Positions 40,718-52,556 of a stretch of 64,000 nt of DNA are shown here, piece after piece; position 1 is the first letter of the stretch, and each line of letters begins with the position of its first letter. A program made the translations under genes and the position numbers. Under the pieces are notes generated by a model that saw only the letters and a list, made by a program, of their open reading frames with translations, ran no database searches and had not been told where the DNA came from. The stretch lies in NCBI GenBank assembly GCA_010093815.1, contig ML996566.1. One strand, written 5' to 3'. Source of the stretch: Pseudovirgaria hyperparasitica. Lineage: Eukaryota.

Positions 40718-43130
40718 ATTCAGTTCAATTCAGTTCAATTCAGTTCAATTCAGTTCAATTCAGTTCAGCCAGCTAGTCAGTCAGGTCAGTCAGTTCAATT
40801 AGTCCAGTTCAGTTAGTTCAGTCATTTCAATCCAATTCAATCCAATTCAATCCAATTCAATCCAATTCAATCCAATTCAATCCAGTTCAATCCAGTTCAG
40901 TTTATTCTGGCCATTTAGTCAGCTAATCAGTCAATATACCCAATTCAGTTCATTTCAGTTCAGTTCAGTCAGTCATTTCCACTCAGCCAGTCAGTTCAGT
41001 TCAGTCAGTTCAGTTCAGTCCACTCTTACACATAACTCAGTCAATTCAGTCAACTTAGTCAATTCAGTCAGTTCGGACAGTTCAGTTCAGTCAACCAGCC
41101 AGCCATCCAGCCAACCACCCAACTCGGTCAGTGAGTTCAGTCAGTTCAGTTAATTCAGTTCGATCCAGCCAGTCAGCCAAGCCAGCCAGCCAACCAGTCA
41201 GTCAATTCATTCAGTTCAGTCAATTCAGTTCAATTCAGTCCAGTTCAATTCAGTCCAGTTCAATTCAGTCCAGTTCAATCAACCAGTCAGTCAGTCAGCC
41301 AGTCAGTTAAGTCAGTTCAGTCAATACATCCAACTCAGTCAATTCAGTCCAGTTCAGTTAGTTCAGTTCAGATCAGTCAGCCAGCCAGTCATTCAGCCAG
41401 TCATTCAGCCAGTCAGTCAGTTTAGTTAGTTCAGCCAATACACCCAACTCGGTCACTTCAACCAGCCAGTTCAGTTCAGTTCAGCCAGTCAACCAGCCCG
41501 CTAGCCAATCAGTTTATTTAGTTTAGTCAGTTCAGTCAGTTCAGTCAGTTCAGTCAGTTCAGTCTAGCTCAGTTCAGTCTAGCTCGATTCAGTTCAGCCC
41601 AGCCGGCCAGCCAGCGAACTCAGATCAGTCAATTCAGTTAATTCAGTTAATTCAGTTCAGTTCAGTTAGTTCTCAGGTCAGTCAATACACCCAGTTCAAT
41701 CAACCACTCAATTCAGTCAGTTCAGTTTAGCCAGCCAGCAGCCAGCCAGCTAGTCCAGCCAATCAGCCATCTAGTTCAGTTCAGTTCAGTTCAGTTCAGT
41801 CAGTTCAGTTCAGTCCAATTCAATTCAATTCAGTCCAGTTCAGTTCGATTAAATTAAATTAAATTAAATTTAGTCAGTTCAGTTCGTTTCAATCCAATTA
41901 TTCATTTCAACTCAGTTCAGTTCAGTTCGATCCAGCCAGCCAACCAACTCAGGTCAGTCAATTCAGTCAGTTCAGTTCAGTCAGTTCGGACAGTTCAGTC
42001 AGTTCGGACAGTTCAGTCAGTTCGGACAGTTCAGTCAGTTCGGACAGTTCGGACAGTTCGGACAGTTCGGATAGTTCGGACAGTTCGGATAGTTCGGACA
42101 GTTCAGTCCAGTTCATTCTAGCCTCCAGTTCAGTCCAGTCAGTCCAGTCAGTCAGTTCAGTTCAACCAGTTCAATCTACCAGCCAGCCAGTCAGTCAGTC
42201 AGTTCAACTCAATTCAGTTCAGTTCAGTCCAGCCAATCAGCCAGCCAGTTCATTTCAGTTCAGTCCAGTCAGTCAATTCGACTCAGCCAGTTCAGTTCAG
42301 TTCATTCTAGCCATCCAGTTCAGTCCAGACATCTAGTTAAGTCCAGTCAGTCCGGTTAGTTCAGTCAATACACCCAATTGAGGTCAGTCAATACACCTAA
42401 TTCAGTCATTCAGCCAGCCAGTCATTTAGATAGTTAGTACACACAGTTGAGTTGGTTTAATCAACCAGCCAGTTCCTTTTAGTTCATTTCAGTTAAGTTC
42501 AGTCAATTCAGTTCAATTTAATTTAATTTAACATAGCATAATTCAATCCAATTCAACTCAGTTCAGTTCAGTCCAATTCAATCCAGTCAATACACCCAGT
42601 TCAATTCAACTCAGTTCAATTCAGTTCAGTTCAGTTCAGTTCATTCATCCAGTCCACTTCAGTTCAGTTCAGTCAGTCAGCCAGCCAGCCAGCCAACTCA
42701 GGTCAGTCAGTCAGTCCAGTTCAGTCCAGTCCGTTGGTTCAGTTCAGTTCAATTCAATTCAGTCAGTCAGCCATCCAGTCAGTTCAGTCAGTTTAATCCA
42801 GTTCAATTCAGTCCGTTAGTTCAGTTCAATCAGCCAGTTCAATCAGTCAGTTCAGTTCAGTTCAGTTCAGTTCAGTTCAGTTCAGTNNNNNNNNNNNNNN
42901 NNNNNNNNNNNNNNNNNNNNNNNNNNNNNNNNNNNNNNNNNNNNNNNNNNNNNNNNNNNNNNNNNNNNNNNNNNNNNNNNNTCAGTTCAGTTCAGTTCAG
43001 TTCAGTTCAGTTCAGTTCAGTCAGTTCAGTTCACTCATTACACCCAACTCAGCCCAGCCAGCCAGTCATTCAGTCAGCCAGCCAATCAGTAATTCAGTTC
43101 AGTCAGCCAAGTCAGTCAATACACCCAATA
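40718..43130. repeat. Satellite-like simple sequence of TTCAG/TCAG/CCAG/TTCAA units, containing a second gap at 42887-42981
   Basis: More than 2.3 kb built almost entirely from 4-5 bp units on one strand, with a TTCGGACAG sub-array at about 41985-42100. The ORF track has no ORF inside it. Confidence 0.95.
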
Positions 43131-43189
43131 AACACCATTCAAAACTTTGCCACACCGGTGCAAGATATATACAAGACTTACTCTCTCAA

Positions 43190-43690
43190 TGCCCTGATAC
43201 CCTCATTCCCTCATGCCCCTATGCCCCCATACCCTCATGCCCCCATACCCTCATGCCCTCATGCCCTCATGCCCTCATGCCCTCATGCCCTCATGCCATT
43301 ACGTCTTTATGCCATTATGTCTCTCCGTCTTTATGTCTCTCCGTCCTTATGTTTCTCATGCCTCCGATGCCCATGCATTCTAATGCCCTCGATGCCCTCA
43401 GCACCTTGATACGCCCAACACTCACAATACCAACCGTTCTCTCTCTCTTTCTTCTCTCTCTCTTTCTTCTCTCTCTCTTTCTTCCCTCTCTCTTTCTTCC
43501 CTCTCTCTTTCTTCTCTCTCTCTTTCTCCATTCTCATCTCTACCTTGCCTCTTTCCCCCCCCCCCCTCCCTTAACCCCTATCTCTTAGCAACAACCAATC
43601 CTACCCTAACCTTACCTACCCAAACACAACCACAACCACAACCACAATCACAATCACAACCACAGCCACAACCACAGCCACAACCACGCA
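43190..43690. repeat. Cluster of microsatellites: (ATGCCCTC)n, CT-rich 15-mer, (CACAAC)n
   Basis: Read directly at about 43190-43300, 43437-43530 and 43620-43690. Confidence 0.85.
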
Positions 43691-44135
43691 CCAGAGAAAA
43701 GAACCAAAAACAACCCCCCAAAAAAAAGGTCCAAAACGGGAATCGACCAAACGTAATCGACCAAGGAAGGTACCGAATAATAGATAGACCTGTCTTGATT
43801 ATAGAAACTTCTACTCCTCTTCTGTTCCTGTTCCGTATACACGCGCGAGTACCATAGCTCGCTTCTCAATGACCTACCTACCTCCTCTATCCAACGCAAC
43901 CCAATGCAACAACCCGATCAATTTAACAAACGAGCAAGCAAACGAACCAAGAAACCATTACCCGCAATCACGTATCCCAAACCATCCAACCAAACCGTCC
44001 AACCCAACGAACCAACCAAGCACATCGATCCCTCCTCCAAAGCAACCTCAACCACCATAATCCACCCACACTCACACTTACTCCCTCATCCTCTCCCTCT
44101 CCCTCTCACCCCCTCACTCTCTCAATCCCTCCCCC

Positions 44136-46451
44136 TTAATCCCAAACCCAAGCAGGCAACCCCCCCCTCCCCCCCCGTCCAACAGGTTGAAACCACCCGC
44201 CCTCCCTCCTCGCCCACGCCGCAAGCGCAATCTCCGCCTTTCCATCCTCGCTCAAACACGGCAACGGCCCATGCAACGACGTCAGAACCCCGGGGCGCGG
44301 AAGCGGGTGGTGCGCTGCGGGCACCGTGTTACCGCCTGTGGATGTCGAGGATGAGGATGATGATGATGATGATGATGGTGCGGTGCTGAAGGAGGGTTTG
44401 GAGTGGGCGGTGTAGGCTGGGGTTTGAGGGGGTTTGGGCTGTTGGGTGGGTTGGGGGATTTGGTGGTTGGGGGAGAGAGCGTGGTGTTTGGGGGGGTATG
44501 GGGTTTTTGGAGGGTGTGGGGGAGGGGCGTGGTGCGCTGGGATGGATGTGTTTCCTGGCTCGTGCGTGGGAAGAGTATGATGGTCTGGGAGGTATGTGTT
44601 TCTTGACTGGTGCGGTGTGGGAGCGTAGTGCTCGGGCATGTAGCTGTGTCTTTCCTGATATGGGGGAAGAGGATGATGCGAGGGAAGAGCGTGATGTTCA
44701 GGGACGTATGTGTGTCCTCCCTCATGCGTGGTAGGAGTATGATTCTCAGGGACGTATGCGTGTCTTGACTGGCGCGTAGAATAATTACTATATCCAGGCA
44801 GGTATGTGTGTCTTCCCTGATGCGAGGCAACGTTATACTGCTCAGGCACGTATGTGTTTCTTGGCTGGCGTGTGGGAAGATTGTAATGCTCAGGCGCGCG
44901 TGTGTATCTTCCCTGATGCGTGGGCAGAGCGTGGTGCTCAGGGATGTATGCATTTCTTCCCTGATGCGAGGGAAGACCATGTGCGTGTCTTGACTGGCGC
45001 GTGGAAGGACTATCATACTCAGGCATGTATGTGTGGCTTCCCTGATGCGAGGGAAGAGCGTGATGCTCAGCGACATGTGCGTGTCTTGACTGGCGCGTGG
45101 AAGAATTATCATATCCAGGCATGTATGTGTGTCTTCCCTGATGCAAGGGAGCATTATACTGCTCAGGCATGTACGTGTGTCTTCCCTGCAGCGTGGAAAA
45201 ATCTTCATATCCAGGCATGTACGTGTGTCTTCCCTGCAGCGTGGAAAAATCATCATATCCAGGCACGTACGTGTATCTCCCCTGATGCAGGAGACGATCA
45301 TAATGCTCAGAGCCGTACGCATGCATCCTCCGGCGCGGCGGAAGCGGAGGAGGTAACTGACGCTCCTCTGGCAGGAAACCGTCGTCTGGACTCTGATACA
45401 CCGTGTTTGCTTGGTCGTGTAGATACTGCTGTACATAACCCATCGGACGGCCGTGTCCCGGTGCCAGGTGCAATGGCGACCCTAATTGAAAGTCATGAGG
45501 TCCATGTCCACCGCGATGACTAGGTAGTGTCCAAGGTGCGTTTGAAGAGTCATGGTATGAAGGCACTGACCCTGAAGCGTGGCTGTTGTCGTAGTCTCGA
45601 TCGTACTCAGTTTGTGGAACGCCCCTGGTTGCTCGGAGGTGGTGAAGGGCTTTGGAACTCTTCCGCCTGACCACATCCAACCTCTCCTTCAATCTGTCTC
45701 CGAACGAGCCCGAGAACCCTGCGGAACGCTCACCAGACTGTGCCGTAGTCTGCGACACGGACTCCCGACAGCCCTGGAGTTCAGCTTGGAGCGACGCAGC
45801 CTCGCAATAGCCCCGATCAGGATAGCAGCCAAGCTCCTCAAGCTCAGCAGTGTCCAGCGTCCGAGCTGAACTATCTCTATACCTCGAAGGCGAGACGCGA
45901 GCGTAAAAGGTGGCAGAATTGCTCGTCTCAGACCCTCCGTTAACAGTCGAGTTCTCCGTCTCCGAACCTGGCACATGGCGAATTGTCGTGGCGGCAAGAG
46001 AGACACGTCGAAGACTTGTTTCTTGAGGGGATCCCCAAACAGACTCGGTGCTGCTACCTGGAGAATCGGGAAGCGGTGTATGCTTCGCTATACTTGAGCG
46101 TGGGCTGCTACTATTCGAAGCTGGCAACGCAGGTAGTAGGTCCATGTCATCGGCATCGAGATTGTGAAGCCAAGACAACGATGTCTCAGTGACGCGGCGA
46201 TCATGTTCTTTGTCACGGTGTTGTATTTCAGATGGCCGTACACGACTTATGGTGATGGCGTTTGCGATTCCAGACTCGATGAACGAGCCGAGCGATGAGA
46301 TTGAGCGTGGTGAGATTTCGGGGTAGTCTATGCTTATTTGCGCCGGGGGCGTCGATGGTGAAGTTGGGAGGACATTCTCTTGAAGCTCCTTGAGGTCTGT
46401 ACGAGGGTTCACGGAATCCGTGCGATCAGGCTCGTGAGCCTGGTCGGACAT
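44136..46451 (-). CDS. Orphan 771-aa protein with Ser-rich N-terminus and about 16 His/Tyr-rich 16-aa repeats
   Basis: Long uninterrupted ORF with accATG context; repeat consensus QGRHTY[M/V]PE[H/Y]xxxxxH at about 44520-45330. Confidence 0.7.
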   Translation of the reverse strand: MSDQAHEPDRTDSVNPRTDLKELQENVLPTSPSTPPAQISIDYPEISPRSISSLGSFIESGIANAITISRVRPSEIQHRDKEHDRRVTETSLSWLHNLDADDMDLLPALPASNSSSPRSSIAKHTPLPDSPGSSTESVWGSPQETSLRRVSLAATTIRHVPGSETENSTVNGGSETSNSATFYARVSPSRYRDSSARTLDTAELEELGCYPDRGYCEAASLQAELQGCRESVSQTTAQSGERSAGFSGSFGDRLKERLDVVRRKSSKALHHLRATRGVPQTEYDRDYDNSHASGSVPSYHDSSNAPWTLPSHRGGHGPHDFQLGSPLHLAPGHGRPMGYVQQYLHDQANTVYQSPDDGFLPEERQLPPPLPPRRRMHAYGSEHYDRLLHQGRYTYVPGYDDFSTLQGRHTYMPGYEDFSTLQGRHTYMPEQYNAPLHQGRHTYMPGYDNSSTRQSRHAHVAEHHALPSHQGSHTYMPEYDSPSTRQSRHAHGLPSHQGRNAYIPEHHALPTHQGRYTRAPEHYNLPTRQPRNTYVPEQYNVASHQGRHTYLPGYSNYSTRQSRHAYVPENHTPTTHEGGHTYVPEHHALPSHHPLPPYQERHSYMPEHYAPTPHQSRNTYLPDHHTLPTHEPGNTSIPAHHAPPPHPPKTPYPPKHHALSPNHQIPQPTQQPKPPQTPAYTAHSKPSFSTAPSSSSSSSSSSTSTGGNTVPAAHHPLPRPGVLTSLHGPLPCLSEDGKAEIALAAWARREGGWFQPVGRGGRGGLPAWVWD

Positions 46452-47188
46452 GGTCGTTCCGTGGCAGCAGACGACGTTCTTCAGATAGCGATGCTAAGAG
46501 TAAGTCCGTCCATGGAATATATGATGGCAAGATGACCGTTCAATTGGTTTCGGAGGTAGGGTGGTTCTTTGGAATGTGTTTTGTGAATGGATATACGAGC
46601 AGAGCAGGTATAGATCGGGTGAAGTGTTGTAATAATCATGGGAGAGTGGAAAGAGGAGCTTATTCCTACTCCATTCTTTGTAGAGAAATGGCCATCTAGG
46701 TGAGCCCGAGTCATAGAGTAGGTGCAATGTATAAGTGGTGTACAGCACTACACATACACAGCTCCTGCACTTCTCCAACAGATTCTCTAAACTCAGTGTT
46801 GTGCCCGTCATCATAATAGAAAGAGCGATGGCCAGGTCCGATAGTTGTTCCTCCTGACATTTTCACCTTCTAGTGCTGCGTCTGCTGAATCCGTCTATTA
46901 TATTTCCGCTCTGGTACAGATTTTTTATGTGACCGTATTGACTCAAGAAGTGTGTGTTCATCATCTGCCTTTCGTTTTGATGTCGAGGTTTCATCCTGAG
47001 CGTCAGCTCTCCCAGTATGAGCGGTGGTATCTAGCACTAGTAATATTATAAATACACAATCACAGACTACTTAGTCTACAACTAAAGTCCCTCAAGGTCA
47101 AGAATAAAACCTGCCAGCTCACAAAAGCGCATGTACATCATACACCCCAAGAGCTATCTGCCCCTAGCACACACAAACCCCTTGCTAT

Positions 47189-48782
47189 TCACGAATCAAC
47201 AGGCCGATGCTCCGACATAAACTGAGTAAGGAAGCCATCCCCATAAAGATCCTCCGCAGACGGTCTCTCCTCCGGAAGCCAGCGCAGAACCTTCCGCGCA
47301 AGGGCAAGGAGCAATTCTCTATCTTCGCCCTCCAGCCGCGTCTCTCGCGACTCAAGTGTCTGATCGGGGATCGGTGTCTGCGCAATCCAGTCGCCTTTAC
47401 TCGTTAACAGGGACGACAAACGCCAGAAAAAGAAAGAAAGAGCGACTCCTCACCCTCCGCATTCCAGTACTGCCGGCACTTATCGCTCCGCTGCAGAAAC
47501 TCCTTCGGCGGCGGTCCCATGAGCGAGACCATCTCAGCAAAGTGGAGCTCATCGTCCAGACGCCCATCTCTGACGGCAGAGAAGAGATTAGCTCGTTCGA
47601 ACAGGCTCCAAATCTGTCAGAAGCTAGTCAGAGAGCCACACGCACAGCAGTGAAATCTTGCTCGCTGTTGTGATACGTACCGTGACCACGACAGACCAGA
47701 TGTCGATCTTTGAATCCCACTCCATGCCGGCGATGATCTCGGGCGCGCGGTACTGCGCTGGCATGACGTCGCCAGAGTGCTTCTGCCCGGGCTCGCCTAG
47801 GCGGGCAGCGCCAAAATCGATGATGAAAGGCGCGTCGTAGGTTGTCGGCATCGAGTAAGAAAGGTGAATGGTGCGATCCTCGAGGACTTTGCGCGGCGAC
47901 GGTTCGTCTAATTCAGCTTGCTCGACCTTCGAGACCGCGATATCGTTAGTCCCGGTCATGATATTGTTGGGCGAAAGGTCTGGTAGTAATTATCACTTCT
48001 TAGCCAACACACACACAGCAATACACCCAGACCCCCGAGGCGTAACAAACCTGTATGCACAACCCCCGCCTGATGCAAAAGGTCCAGTCCCGTAACAACG
48101 ACATACATGTATTTCTGCAAGAGCGTCTTCTCCAGCGCTCTCTCCGCAAACAGATCGCGCAAATCGCTCAGCGTCCACCCCAGCGTCGGGAAAACCAGAC
48201 ATTGGTGAGATCCACGCGGGCTGCTGATGCGGAAGTCGTCCAGCGATACACGCACCCTCCCCTTGCCCGGATGGTGCGTGTCGATGGACTTGATGTGGTG
48301 AGACACGGCCAATTCCGGCACGTCGCCACGCCCAACGACGCAGACCTTGAGAGTACACAGGACGTCCTCGCTTAGAACAGCGTCAACATGATGCAATTGC
48401 CCCCCAAAAAAGTCTCAACTCACTCCAGATCCCGGCACAGCCAAACGGTCGAATAGGCGCCAAAGCCCAGCTTTGCAACGACCTGATAGCGCGACTTGAA
48501 GACGTCGCCTAAGCGGACGGGATAGAACTTCTCAGCCTTATAGCCCACCAGCCTCTCCTCCTCGAACCTTTCGTGCTTCGGAAGGGCGGTAAAACCATCG
48601 GTTGGGAAGGTACGGGCCTGGATGGATATCCTGCGTGCGAAGCCGGCCGTCCATGGCTGATTTAGTCGTCGTCGTCGTCGTCCAGTCAGTCGAAGCGGAA
48701 CCGAGAGATTATAGAGTCTATTCGGCGTCCAGGAGTGCAGTTGTGTTCTGAAGGTTATACGTGGACCAGCTGATAGCGCCAT
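47189..48782 (-). CDS. CMGC/SRPK-like Ser/Thr protein kinase (fungal expanded family); 5 exons
   Basis: Motifs [73 protein letters not shown]. Introns at about 48371-48423, 47980-48050, 47614-47680 and 47395-47453. Confidence 0.9.
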
Positions 48783-49588
48783 AATTATACAGTTACCTGG
48801 CAGAAGGACATATAGTCCGGCCGCATCTTGCTAGACGACGGCCGTTGCCGTATGGATCCAGAGCGACCAATCAGATACCCAGGCAGACTTCGCGGCGCAA
48901 CCTTGAAAGCATATTATGAAACAAACTCTTTATGAGTGAGTATTAATAGACACGTATTGAGATTGTGATAGTATATACTATATACTGAATTAGCGAGAAA
49001 AGATGATTTGCCCAACCAAGGCTATTGTTGCCCATGTAACAGACTGATGTTCCATGCAAAGAATAATCCTGGCAAGGTGATCTGTCACCTGAAACATGGT
49101 GATATACAAAAACAGACGGGTAGATCCAGCGTAATTCTCGTTTGCCACTTACTACGTGGTACGTAACGTCAATAGTGAGCCAGCAACCAAGTCAACAAGA
49201 TGCACTGTACTCACACAGCAGTGTCACAGGTGCAAGACACAGTCACGTGAACACAGCGCACAAGTCATCGTAATACCTTGGTGATATTGAGGTTTACGTT
49301 AATCATAAACATTAATGTATGTCTACCTAATCGCCCATCCTTCCGATTTTTTGCTTCCGTCCATTGAAGTGGGTATCTTCCGATTGCTGGTGTCATTACA
49401 TGCTAAGCTCCATCGCTGATCGTGAGCTCCATTAATACTCTGGCGCGACAAGGTGATGCAAAGTCCGCCATATCATGCCATTCGTAACGATTGAAAGAAA
49501 AGTTGAAATTAGAGATTTTGCTTCATCGACGATGACTACTCAATAAAGAGATAGTGAACGCCTCTATCCAATGTAATGGGGAAGAGGC

Positions 49589-50471
49589 TTAGATGAAGAG
49601 CATAGCAGCAAGACCAGCGCCAGCGAGAACGGGGGCAGCGGTGATCATTGGGCCAGCACCTTGGCTGTCGGTTGGAGCACCACCAGTAGCCGAGTTGGCA
49701 ATTGAGGAGGCATCGCTGAGGGCAGAAGAAACGGCACCAGAGGCATCGCTCAAGACCGAGGAGACGGCACCAGAAGCATCGCTCAGAGCAGAAGAGACAG
49801 CACCAGTGGCCTCGCTCAGGGCCGACGAGAGAGCACCAGAGACGTCAGTGCCAGTGGTCTGCGCACCACCAACAGCACCGTAGAGGGTGACGAGACCAGT
49901 GGTTTGAACGATTGTCTGGCCGTCAGAGGTGATGGTGGTCTCGAGAGGTGAGGTGGTGACCGGGGTGCTTGCAGGGCTACCTTCACCACCAGTCTGTTGA
50001 GCAGCCGAAGAGAGGACACTGAGACCGGGGAGAGTGATGGAGGCAGCGCCGTCACCTGCAGAAGCAAGGACCTCTGTGGAAGATAAGTTAGTGTGACGTT
50101 CGGAAGAAAAGATTGTCGGAGTGAGGCACTTACGGGAGCAATAGTTTGTTCCGTAGGCGATGACTTGCTGAGCGACCGAGTCAGAGCCACAGGACTCGAG
50201 AGAGCAGTCACGGACGCCGTAGCCAAAGTCGATCTTGCTGCAGTAGCAGTTGAGGTCGCCAGAGGCACAGCCGAACTGAGAGATAGCAATGTTGACCATG
50301 TTGCCGATACAGGTTTGCTTCAGGAAGCGTCAGTCAATGATTCTAGTGAAATGGAGGAGCACGAAGGCTCTTCAGAGGTGGTCAAAGACTTACACCGCAG
50401 CCTGGAAGAGCACTGGTGTCCTGAGCGACAGCAGCGCTGACGGCAGCGAGAAGGGCGATTGAGTACTTCAT
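49589..50471 (-). CDS. Secreted CFEM-domain protein, probably GPI-anchored; 3 exons
   Basis: Signal peptide MKYSIALLAAVSAAVA; 8-Cys CFEM (PGCGQTC...GC...DLNCYC...GVRDCSLESC...YC); Ser/Thr/Ala-rich stalk; hydrophobic C-terminus. Introns 50318-50393 and 50074-50133. Confidence 0.92.
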
Positions 50472-52556
50472 TGTGGATGATGGGTTGATGAAAAGGCTTG
50501 CTGGTAGGAGCTGTATGGAGTTGTAGCTGTAGAAGATGCTTTGCGACGGGTAAAGCTCGTAGACAGCAAGCTGATCAGTGAAAGGCTTGAAGATGTTTGT
50601 TGGTGGAGAAGAAGAAGAAGAAGAAGAGGAGGAAGGGAGAAGAAATGGGCGGAGGGTGATAGAGACGGAACGAAATTTATGAAGCCAGGGAGGAAGGCGC
50701 TAGTGCAAAGGTTCAGGCTTTCCGGAAGCAAGTTTTGATGGCTTGCTTGATGCGCGGCGGGACGTGACTTCACAGCATCACACACTACACACTACACACT
50801 ACACATTACACATTACACAGGATTGTTGTGGGGCAACGACCATCCATGTCCGGCTCGATTCACGCGACTTGCCAGGTTGCGGCTGGGGTACAGCTAGTGT
50901 GAGAGTAATAATTACCAAGAGTTTGGATAGATATGGATTGCGAATCATTTGTTATGAACAACGACCGTGATTCTAGTCCAGACGATGCACCAGTCAGCTA
51001 TCAGAGGCACGCACAAGTGGGTCACAGCGAGTCAATTCGTCCAGATTGTCCGCAATAAGTGCAGCAGTCTGTCTGCATCTAGACAGATTATTAGCAAAAG
51101 GGGCGAAGCTGGAAAGGGAAGAGGATGAAGCTAGAAGAGTATGTGATGCAAAAGTTGCGCATCTTTTGAGTCGAGCTGACGACGGTCTTTGCTCACTCTT
51201 GGCGGCAGACACCCTGTCACGCTCCACCAATGAGAAGCCTCAGATCACGTCCCATAACGGCTAGCACAGGTACGCGAAAAGGGAGGCTGGGCCAGCAACT
51301 GTGCGGTGGTGGCTAGTTAGTAGTTAGTCTTCAAGAGCTCTCTCTCTCTTAGCTGATTGGCTAGTGCAACGTCTACCAACTTTAAACAAGAGAATGCATA
51401 GACAGGTAGAAAAAGCAAGATTGGGTGACAAGACTATAGTTCACTAGTTCGACTCACACGCACACAACATTACACACCGTCACTCCCACTCCCACGGTTA
51501 ACTATCAGCCAAAGCCGTCGTGGCACCAGCAGCAGCAGCCAGCACTGAGAGGAGGAGACTGAGAGAGCAAGGGACCGCCCTTGTTGCGCGGACGACCATT
51601 GTGTCGTCGTTCGTGGGTGCGTGCGAACGGCCCAGATGCTGATTCGGGGGCAGACCAGGTCCCAGTAGTTACTTACCAGTCAATTGCGTCATGCTTTTCC
51701 TGCTAATGCCAACTTTTCCCTTCCAATCCAGCGAGAAAACAGGAACTCGAAGCTGATGATGATATCAAACAAAGGTAAAAGAAACTTGGAATATCGAGAT
51801 TGCTTCGAATCTTGACAGCGGCGCGCTACGGGTCTAGCGCCACACCGCCACTATTATTGCTTCCGTTCCTCATTGTATAGCTAACTAACCGTCGTCGTCA
51901 GCTACCAGTCACTCTTCTCACCAGCCACCACCAGCCACGTCGACTGCTCCACTCCAAGAAGTAGTTCGCTGCATCTCGCCCATCCATCCATCCATCCATC
52001 CATCACTGCATTGGACGATGTCGGTTCCACGTTGCAGCAATTCACCGCCTGCTTGCACCCCCTATCGATAACTAGTTCCGTTTATCATTCATATGCGCAC
52101 CACTTAATTGTGCGAGTACGGAATAATCTGGCTTTTCCCGCATCTATTATGTACCACTACTACGACGGTGCGATCCAGACAGGCGAGGGGGGGGACCACA
52201 CACACTCCGATCGGAAATTAAGCATCAATCTCGACTCCTCTCTTATCCGTCGTGCCTGTGCCTGTGCCTGTGCCTGTCCGTTTGTTTGGCTCCATCTATG
52301 TAATCATAATTATCATCCGCTCACTTGCTAAAAGCTTCTTCCCAAACTCCATCCGTTGGTTGGGTCCCAAAGAAGGACTGCTGCACCACTATCGCTGTGG
52401 CGCATCGACTAAATATTCTAATTGAGCTACTACTACAGTAGTAGTACTATGGAGATCCGCTCGTCGATTCATCCATCCGCTACTTCAGCTAATTACAAGC
52501 TATGACCTCGAAACAAAAAACTTGCTTTCCATCGTGAACATCATCGCAACTAGTCA

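Noticed and set aside
40718..43130. CRISPR-like array or telomeric repeat
   Set aside because: The context is eukaryotic, the spacers are low-complexity and irregular, there are no cas genes, and there are no TTAGGG/CCCTAA tracts.
44282..45523. Alternative-frame Cys-rich repeat ORFs (44282-45436 -, 44804-45523 +)
   Set aside because: They are by-products of the 48-bp repeat; only the 771-aa frame extends into unique sequence with a good start.
44136..46451. Fungal RiPP (dikaritin) precursor
   Set aside because: There is no signal peptide, no Kex2 KR/RR spacers between repeats and no UstY/DUF3328 gene nearby.
46939..46945. TGACTCA upstream of the His-repeat gene (another lies inside the PKS at about 10595)
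   Set aside because: Several 7-mer matches are expected by chance in 64 kb, and no functional context supports these.
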